The notes under the pieces were generated by a model. The model was given only the letters and a program-made list of their open reading frames with translations. It was not told the DNA's origin and searched no databases. DNA of 63,841 nt, the filler included, from an uncultured Methanosarcinales archaeon (GTDB lineage: Archaea > Nanobdellota > Nanobdellia > Woesearchaeales > CAYPCY01): the NCBI GenBank assembly GCA_964409385.1. It is 5 parts of 5 records of this genome, joined end to end, with 100 filler letters (N's around TTAATTAATTAA, not from the genome) between each part and the next. Parts side by side here need not be neighbours in the genome. Positions count along the whole stretch, not along the records: positions 50,454 to 60,172 come from CAYPCY010000010.1; positions 60,273 to 63,841 come from CAYPCY010000013.1; 3 more parts are not named here. The stretch is one strand, 5' to 3'. The position numbers and the translations under genes were made by a program. Positions within the stretch are counted from its first letter, which is position 1. The number at the start of each line of letters is the position of its first letter. Shown here one piece after another: positions 56,768 through 63,841 of the stretch.

Positions 56768-59700
56768 TTAAAGAAGATCTTCTTCATCCTTACCCTTTCC
56801 TTTACTCAAGTAAATAACTGCTAATATTCCCATTATTGCAATAACAGCAACTCCCACAAGTATTGGAAGGTCACTCTTTTCAGCAACATCAGGCGATAAA
56901 GAACCAGTATCATTAGTAGTGGTTGTTACACAATCAGCAGGACAGTTATCAGTATCCTCTCCATCCCCACAAACACCATCATTATTACAAACATCAACAG
57001 TATCATTATCAGACGCTGCTGGACAGTCCGCAGAACAATTATCACTTGTTTCGCCCTCATCACAAACACCATCATTATTACAAACATCAACAGTATCATT
57101 AGTAACTACAACACAATCAGCAGGACAATTATCTACCGTCTCTCCAGTTTCACAAACACCATCATTATCACAAGTCGTGTTGGTTGTTGGAGGTGCTGTT
57201 GTATCATCCGTTGTTGTATCACCACCATTAGTTGAAGGAGTACTTCCACCACTAGGTGCTGGATTATTATCATCACTCAAGAAGAATGAGAATCCAACCT
57301 CTGAAGGATCAACCTGCCAAGTTGATGAATTAGCACTTGTTGTTACCAATGTCGAACTATTAGTTACATTAGTACAACTACTTGTTGAATCATTAAGACA
57401 ATGCCAAATACTAGATCCATTATAAGGAACCGTAATTCGTATCTTTTGACAATTAAAATCTGACTGGAACTTATTCTTAAAGTCTGAAGTTGGCATTCCA
57501 ACCATACCATTACCAGCAGAATCATTAATATCAATTTGTGAAGAGTTGAAACTTACTGATTTTGGAATTGTTCCATTAATACATTCAATACCCCAATCAA
57601 TTGTAGAGTTAGGATTTTGAATCTTAATATTAACAAGTCCTGTATTGTTTAATGTCTCTTGACTACTAGCGTCGCCATAAGTTTTATTGTAATCATAACT
57701 TCCATCAGCTCCTAAATCATATTTTATTTGTAAATTTCCTAAAGGTTGTGAAACATTTGAAGTTGGAGGTTTGAAATCCATATCATTAATGAATGTCTTA
57801 CATTTAATTCCACAACTTGAATAATCCAATGGTGTTGTGAAATTACTACACGCACTCACAATACAATTTTCACTAATATCACACAGTTTATACTTGTAAA
57901 AATATGTTTTGTTTCCTGTAAGATCATAACTTATATTTCTCGGATTATTAGCAAAGTTATCTATCGGCATATCGTGCCATGGCTTATATTCTAAAGTGCC
58001 TGGTTCATCAATCGTAGCATTCAATATTGTACAACTTGAATCGTTATAGTAGAAACTAACGTTAGCATTTGAAGGTTCAAAACTATCTATAAGTATTAAC
58101 GCACCATCTGGCATTGCATTAACTTCTAAGAATGCTAATTGAGGAGGTTCTTTATCATTAGCATCAGCAACTAAACTTCCTCCACAAGCGTAAATATCAT
58201 ATTTACACATTGGATCGTCACAATCTGTATTACCATCATTATTATCATCTATTTTATTATAACAATCTTCGAAAGGAATAAATCCGAACTTGTTAAACAT
58301 CATACAATCAGGATCTTCACTAGGTAAACAACCATCACCATCCATATCTGCAAGTCCATAACAATCTTCAGCAATAAAATCAAATGATCCTTGCAAGTAA
58401 TAACCCTCTGCAGAATCTAACACATTAGACTCATTACCAGTAGTGTTTGAACTCGCCACTAATGCTCTCATTGAAGCAGTCTTATTGAAAGAATCCTCTG
58501 CTTCCAAACTCTCCCTATCAATAGCCAATATTACCGCACCCATTTCTGAACATGACTTTTCAGGCCATAAACTAATACCTATACCTGCAGAAGCCCAAGT
58601 TCCACTATTACATCTATAAGATAATTTACTTTCAGTCAAGTTTCCTGTTGAAAAATCAGCTTCATATTTAAACTTAAATTCAAAACCTGCTGTTCCATTA
58701 CCACTATTACAACCACCTGTTGTAGTACCATCAGTATCTAAGTATAAATAAACACTAACTGTTTCAGTTCCAGTTCCAGCAGAACCACCGCCACCACCCA
58801 TTCCTCCCGCCATAGGATCTACAACATATTTCCCATTACAGAATGAAGCATTTTCTAAAGAGCCCATCATAACACCAAATCCATAAGCTGCATCCATTTC
58901 TTTAACTCCAACACCACAAACATCAACAGATGCTGGCATTGTTTCACTCCAACCCGGATCAAATGCTGAACAACCTTCTGGATCATCAGCTATTATTGTT
59001 GGCATTCCAGCCTCCATTCCATCAAAGTGTTGCATCATAAAAGCATCATTACACCAACCTGCTGGTTCAGATCCAGAAACATTATTTCCTGCAAAAGTAT
59101 CTGTAAAGTATAAACATTGAGACTTAGTTTCACAAGCAGTTTTATTACCATCATTTGCCCAACAACCACCCGATGCAAAAGCAGTAGGTTCACAAAATCC
59201 TGATTTTAATTCACAACTTGAATCAAGACCACACTCAGCATCATTCTTACTGAAACAAATAGGATCACACCATCCACCTTGTGGTGAAAAACTATCATTA
59301 GTCCAAGTGCATGCAGTATCAACTTCACATCCTGAAGCATCACCCCAATAATTATTGAAACAACCAAAAGGCTTAGGATCACAAAAACCATTATCATCCG
59401 TTGAATTTCCATGAGTTGAAATCCAAGTACAATTCTCAGTATCTAAACCACAACCAGTATAATTTTGATCATACTGGAAACAACCTTGATATGCAGTGAA
59501 GTTCACATCACACATTCCAAAACTTCCGCCCATGAAAGAAGTCATCCAAGTACAACCTGATTCTGTACCACATGCTGTTTGATTATCATCATAATTCCAA
59601 CAATTAGCACCTTCAATATCACACCAGGACTCATTAGTATGAGGGTCTTCAATCCATGCACAACCAGATTGTGCCAGACAAGTATCATTATTAGTAGAAG

Positions 59701-60172
59701 TACCACAATTAGTTCCTCCAGTACCTCCACAGAATGGATCACTCATACAATTAGAATCAGCACAATCAATCATTCCATCATTATCATTATCTATACCATC
59801 AAAACATACTTCATTTGAAGATCCACCTCCCTCACCACCAGAAGATTTACATAAATAAGTATTTGAATCCCATTGACAAGAACCATTTCCTCCACCACCA
59901 TAAGTAGAACATTCTGTTTGATCCTGACATTGTCCACAATCTTGATCGCAAGATTTCGCATTAGCTCCAGCACACCAACCATGGGTAGGATCTGCAGGAT
60001 CAGTCATCCATTTACAATCAACATCAGCACCACAATCTGAACTAGCATTAGAATAATAATTATAATCTTCACAATTAGTTTCTGTTCCACAACCAGAGGT
60101 TTGCAGTTCAAAAGGAATATCACACCAACCAAATCCGTTAAAAGCATTAGCATCAGTTGTGAACTCACAATA
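56768..60172 (-). CDS. Very large Cys-rich cell-surface protein with C-terminal TM anchor (5' truncated)
   Basis: Frame open to the gap; C.DGIDND.DG..DC.D..C motifs, CxW/GWC repeats, three CxNDGVCxxGExxxNCxADC repeats, many N-x-S/T. Confidence 0.85.
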   Translation of the reverse strand, partial: YCEFTTDANAFNGFGWCDIPFELQTSGCGTETNCEDYNYYSNASSDCGADVDCKWMTDPADPTHGWCAGANAKSCDQDCGQCQDQTECSTYGGGGNGSCQWDSNTYLCKSSGGEGGGSSNEVCFDGIDNDNDGMIDCADSNCMSDPFCGGTGGTNCGTSTNNDTCLAQSGCAWIEDPHTNESWCDIEGANCWNYDDNQTACGTESGCTWMTSFMGGSFGMCDVNFTAYQGCFQYDQNYTGCGLDTENCTWISTHGNSTDDNGFCDPKPFGCFNNYWGDASGCEVDTACTWTNDSFSPQGGWCDPICFSKNDAECGLDSSCELKSGFCEPTAFASGGCWANDGNKTACETKSQCLYFTDTFAGNNVSGSEPAGWCNDAFMMQHFDGMEAGMPTIIADDPEGCSAFDPGWSETMPASVDVCGVGVKEMDAAYGFGVMMGSLENASFCNGKYVVDPMAGGMGGGGGSAGTGTETVSVYLYLDTDGTTTGGCNSGNGTAGFEFKFKYEADFSTGNLTESKLSYRCNSGTWASAGIGISLWPEKSCSEMGAVILAIDRESLEAEDSFNKTASMRALVASSNTTGNESNVLDSAEGYYLQGSFDFIAEDCYGLADMDGDGCLPSEDPDCMMFNKFGFIPFEDCYNKIDDNNDGNTDCDDPMCKYDIYACGGSLVADANDKEPPQLAFLEVNAMPDGALILIDSFEPSNANVSFYYNDSSCTILNATIDEPGTLEYKPWHDMPIDNFANNPRNISYDLTGNKTYFYKYKLCDISENCIVSACSNFTTPLDYSSCGIKCKTFINDMDFKPPTSNVSQPLGNLQIKYDLGADGSYDYNKTYGDASSQETLNNTGLVNIKIQNPNSTIDWGIECINGTIPKSVSFNSSQIDINDSAGNGMVGMPTSDFKNKFQSDFNCQKIRITVPYNGSSIWHCLNDSTSSCTNVTNSSTLVTTSANSSTWQVDPSEVGFSFFLSDDNNPAPSGGSTPSTNGGDTTTDDTTAPPTTNTTCDNDGVCETGETVDNCPADCVVVTNDTVDVCNNDGVCDEGETSDNCSADCPAASDNDTVDVCNNDGVCGDGEDTDNCPADCVTTTTNDTGSLSPDVAEKSDLPILVGVAVIAIMGILAVIYLSKGKGKDEEDLL

Positions 60173-60272
60173 NNNNNNNNNNNNNNNNNNNNNNNNNNNN
60201 NNNNNNNNNNNNNNNNTTAATTAATTAANNNNNNNNNNNNNNNNNNNNNNNNNNNNNNNNNNNNNNNNNNNN
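60173..60272. other. Artificial contig linker
   Basis: N run - TTAATTAATTAA - N run. Confidence 0.98.
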
Positions 60273-61603
60273 CCACCATATTCCTTGACTATTTTTGCTT
60301 CGGGCATTTGTTTAAAATCTTCAGGATTGTAATCTCCTCCTTTTATATGAATATTTGGTTTTAACTCTGAAATTATTTTTACTGGAGTATCCTCTCCGAA
60401 AAACACTACAAAATCAACAGCGTTTAAGTTTGCTAATACTTCTGCTCTTTCTTCTTGATTATTTATTGGTCTTGAAGGTCCTTTTAATTTTTTTATTGCT
60501 TTGTCAGTGTTTAATCCTAAAATTAAAACATCACCAAAACTTTTTGCTTTATTTAAGAGTTTTACATGCCCAACATGTAAAATGTCAAAACAACCATTTG
60601 TAAATACTATTTTTTTCTTTTCTGCCTTTAGTTTTTTTATTAAAGATTTCATTTCTTTAACTGATTTTACTTTGGAAATTTCTTCTTTTATTGTTTGTTT
60701 AAATTCAGATCTTGTTAATGAAGCTGTTCCAAACTTACTAACAACAAGTCCTGCTGCATGATTTGCAATAATAGCAGAATCATAAGCAGATAAACTAGCT
60801 ACTGTTGCTAATGCAAACACTGCTGTAAACGTGTCTCCTGCTCCAGAAACATCATAAACTTCTTTTGCTTGAGAAGGAATATATTGATGAGTTCCTTTCT
60901 GAAATATTGAAAGACCATCTGGGCCTCTAGTTAGTAAAATTATAGAATTCAACATTTTTTCGAGTTTCTTTCCTGTCTTGATAAATTCTGTTTCTTTAGT
61001 TATTTCTTGAGCTTCTTTCAAATTAGGAGATACAGCGTATACATTCTTGAATAATTCAATATTGTTTGGTTTTGGATCGGCAACTATTTTGATGTTTAAT
61101 TTTTTTAATTCTTTAATTAAACTTGGAACTGCAACTCCTTTATTATAATCTGCCACTATAATTACATCAAATGATCTACCTTTGACAAAAGACAGTATCT
61201 TTTTTACTTGATTTTCTGAAATCTTCTGAATTTCCTCACTATCTACTCTAATTACTTGTTGATTTTGAGCTATTATTCTTGTTTTTTTAATAGTTGGAAT
61301 GTTATTTTCAACAAAAAAATAATCAATACATTTCTCTTTTAATTCTCTAACTAGTTCATTTCTTATATCATCATTACCAACTTGTCCTATTAAAGTACAA
61401 TTGGCTCCTAAAGAGGTTATATTATAAGCGACATTAGCAGCGCCTCCTAAACGATATTCTTTAGATTGTACTTTTAATACAGGAACTGGTGCTTCAGGAC
61501 TTATTCTTGATGTGTCTCCTTTAATGTATTCATCAAGCATTACATCTCCAACTACTAAAACATTCTTTCCCTTAAACTTTTCAATTAGTTTGGATAAGTC
61601 CAT
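60273..61603 (-). CDS. hldE: Bifunctional heptose 7-phosphate kinase / heptose 1-phosphate adenylyltransferase (3' truncated)
   Basis: GDVMLD, RISPEAPVPV, GGAANVA, DVSGAGDT, FTNGCFDILHVGH, KGGDY. Confidence 0.96.
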
Positions 61604-61606
61604 ACT

Positions 61607-62140
61607 CTACAGAATCGTGTTTTCTTTAATAAATATTGCTGCTTCTAGAAGATCATTTGCAACAAATACAGGAGTTATTGGATAATTATGTGATTTATCT
61701 TTTTCTCCTGTTCTTAAAAGAATTGATTTTACGCCTAAATTCTCTCCAAACTTAACGTCTGCGGGTTTATCTCCTATCATGAACGAATTTTTTAGATCTA
61801 TATTATTATTTTTCAAAAATTCTGAAAGCAGTCCTGTCTTTGGTTTTCTACAATTACAATTATCGTCTGGTTTATGAAGACAATAAAATACCTTTTCAAA
61901 AAATATTCCTTGAAAACTACATTTTTTTAAAAATTCATTATTAAATTTTGAGAATGCCTCTCCAGAAAATAATTTCCTTCCAACTCCTGACTGGTTAGAG
62001 ACTATGAATAACTTAAAATCTTGTTGAAGAAGTTTTAAACCTTCGATAGACTTAGTTTCGAATTCTAAATCTTTATGCTTATGCAAGTAGCCCTTATCTA
62101 CAATTATAGTTCCATCCCTGTCTAAAAAAATGGCTTTCAT
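61607..62140 (-). CDS. gmhB: D-glycero-D-manno-heptose 1,7-bisphosphate phosphatase
   Basis: FLDRDGT, SNQSG, CLH...CNCRKP, MIGDK..D. Confidence 0.92.
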   Translation of the reverse strand: MKAIFLDRDGTIIVDKGYLHKHKDLEFETKSIEGLKLLQQDFKLFIVSNQSGVGRKLFSGEAFSKFNNEFLKKCSFQGIFFEKVFYCLHKPDDNCNCRKPKTGLLSEFLKNNNIDLKNSFMIGDKPADVKFGENLGVKSILLRTGEKDKSHNYPITPVFVANDLLEAAIFIKENTIL

Positions 62141-62715
62141 ACATCTGGAAATAATTCATCATCAACTAATTTACACCAACTATGAAGTGCTGTTTCGTGC
62201 GATTCTTGAATTCTCGCAGTAATATCTGAAGGAACAACGAAATTAGAGTCTAATTCCAAGTTTTTAGTTTTTCCACCATCATTTCCTGTTAAACATATTG
62301 TTTTTATTCCCTTCTTTTTTGCTTCCTCAAACGCTTTTAATACATTTGGAGAATTTCCAGATGTTGAAATTCCAATTAGAACATCTCCTTTATTTCCTAA
62401 ACCTTCAACTTGCTTGGAAAAAATATTTTCAAAACCATAATCATTACCACACGCTGTTAATATTGAAGTATCTGTAGTTAAGGCTATTGATGGAAGACTA
62501 TCTCTATCCTTCGCATATCTTATAACTAATTCTGCTGCGAAGTGTTGAGCATCTGCAGCACTTCCTCCATTACCACAAATTAGTATTTTGTTTCCTTTTT
62601 TCAATGCGGAAATTATTATGTTAGCCCCTGTTTCCAAAGTATCTAATTCTGTTTCAACAACTTTTCTTTTTGTTTCTGCAGAATCCTCAAACATTTCTTT
62701 TAATCTTTCTTTCAT
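62137..62715 (-). CDS. gmhA: Phosphoheptose isomerase
   Basis: [33 protein letters not shown]. Confidence 0.97.
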   Translation of the reverse strand: MKERLKEMFEDSAETKRKVVETELDTLETGANIIISALKKGNKILICGNGGSAADAQHFAAELVIRYAKDRDSLPSIALTTDTSILTACGNDYGFENIFSKQVEGLGNKGDVLIGISTSGNSPNVLKAFEEAKKKGIKTICLTGNDGGKTKNLELDSNFVVPSDITARIQESHETALHSWCKLVDDELFPDV

Positions 62716-62737
62716 AATATAGCCTTTAACATTGAAA

Positions 62738-63838
62738 TTATTTTCTCTTTAATAATTTTATTGATTCTTTGAAAACTTCATCTACACTTATTTGTTCCAT
62801 ACAAAAATGTTTTGGTTTTTCAAAACTTCCCAAGTGAGGATTCACGTATGGTTTATGTTTGCAATTATATATTGAAGTGTTTCTTTTTCCATATGGTGCA
62901 AACCTTACTGGAGTATTAGGACCAAACAAACCAATTGTTCTTATTTTTTGAGCTGCTGCAATATGCATAGGACCAGTATCATTAGAAATGTATAAATCAC
63001 ATTTTTTTACTAGACAAAAGAAATCTTTAAAGAAAAACTTTCCCGCTAGATTAAATGCTTTTTCTTTATGATTCATCATTTCAATAATATTTTGAACATA
63101 AAAGTTATTACTTTTGGCGTCAGGAAATAAAATTATGCAATCTGTTTTTTCTATGAGTTTATCAGCTAATTCTGCAAATCTTTCCGGAAGCCAACGTCTA
63201 TACTTTGAAGTTTCTGCACTGGTTGTTGTTAAACCAATTATTACTTTTTTTCTGGGATTTATTTTTTTAATAAAGGCAGTAATATTATTCATTCTTTGAA
63301 TACTACAGCTTAAAGATATTAGTTCTGTTGGTATTTTTATTTTATACTTGAAAGGTTTTAACAAATCAAGATATGTTTTCATAATGTGTTGTTTATCATT
63401 ATATTTTACTGTAATATCATAAAGTAATCTTCTTATACTGTGGGAGAAGCCAATGGTTGTTTTGGAAAGATAAAAACTGAGTATTGCTGATATTTTTAGG
63501 TAGGGTTCTAGATCGAAAGCCAAATCATAATTTTTGAATGAGTTTAGGATACTCTTAAAAGTATCTTTTTCGAAGACAATAATATTATCAATAAATTTAA
63601 GATTTCTATAAACTGAAATATTTCTTCTTCTGCAAAGAATTGTTATTTTAGATTTTTTATTTCTTTCCTTGAATTCTTTAATAAGATTTAAAGTTAATAC
63701 TGATTCTCCAACTGCCCATAATTTAATAAATAAAACCTTGTTTTTTGAATTTACCTTGTTTTTTTTCTTGAAAAAACTTAAAAGAATAATAATAATTGTC
63801 CCAACATAATTATCAATAAGTCTTTCTAATTTAATCAT
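62738..63838 (-). CDS. Glycosyltransferase family 9 (heptosyltransferase-like)
   Basis: [38 protein letters not shown]. Confidence 0.92.
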   Translation of the reverse strand: MIKLERLIDNYVGTIIIILLSFFKKKNKVNSKNKVLFIKLWAVGESVLTLNLIKEFKERNKKSKITILCRRRNISVYRNLKFIDNIIVFEKDTFKSILNSFKNYDLAFDLEPYLKISAILSFYLSKTTIGFSHSIRRLLYDITVKYNDKQHIMKTYLDLLKPFKYKIKIPTELISLSCSIQRMNNITAFIKKINPRKKVIIGLTTTSAETSKYRRWLPERFAELADKLIEKTDCIILFPDAKSNNFYVQNIIEMMNHKEKAFNLAGKFFFKDFFCLVKKCDLYISNDTGPMHIAAAQKIRTIGLFGPNTPVRFAPYGKRNTSIYNCKHKPYVNPHLGSFEKPKHFCMEQISVDEVFKESIKLLKRK

Positions 63839-63841
63839 TTT

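Noticed and set aside
24972..60272. TTAATTAATTAA motif repeated four times within N runs
   Set aside because: Artificial all-frame-stop contig linker; ORFs ending in X...LIN are artefacts and cross-gap synteny is not real.

Overview
AT-rich archaeal genome segment, most consistent with a DPANN lineage (Woesearchaeota/Pacearchaeota-like). The taxon is inferred from the fused PriS-PriL primase, archaeal ribosomal proteins, tRNA-Ile(UAU) and a stand-alone 5S gene. The window is five contigs joined by artificial N-TTAATTAATTAA-N linkers, so adjacency across linkers carries no meaning. Core content: the S10/spc ribosomal superoperon (uL3 to SecY, eL34, eL14), the uS13-uS4-uS11-rpoD-eL18-uL13-uS9-rpoN operon, ftsZ-secE-spt5-uL11-eL21-rpoF, SRP54, thermosome, YchF, 5S rRNA, RNase P RNA, SRP RNA and six complete tRNAs plus one partial. 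Accessory content: a nine-gene Cys-rich metal/redox cluster in which two different proteins end in the same MVGGC tail (best candidate for an undescribed system), an ArmA/Rmt-like 16S m7G1405 methyltransferase homolog, an ADP-heptose pathway with a GT9 transferase, two toxin-antitoxin pairs (one RelE starting at ACG), two large Cys-rich surface proteins, and a family of modular twin-hairpin intergenic repeats. RNA oddities: a two-intron tRNA-Leu and an SRP RNA apparently lacking helix 6. All assignments come from motif recognition by eye; no searches were run.
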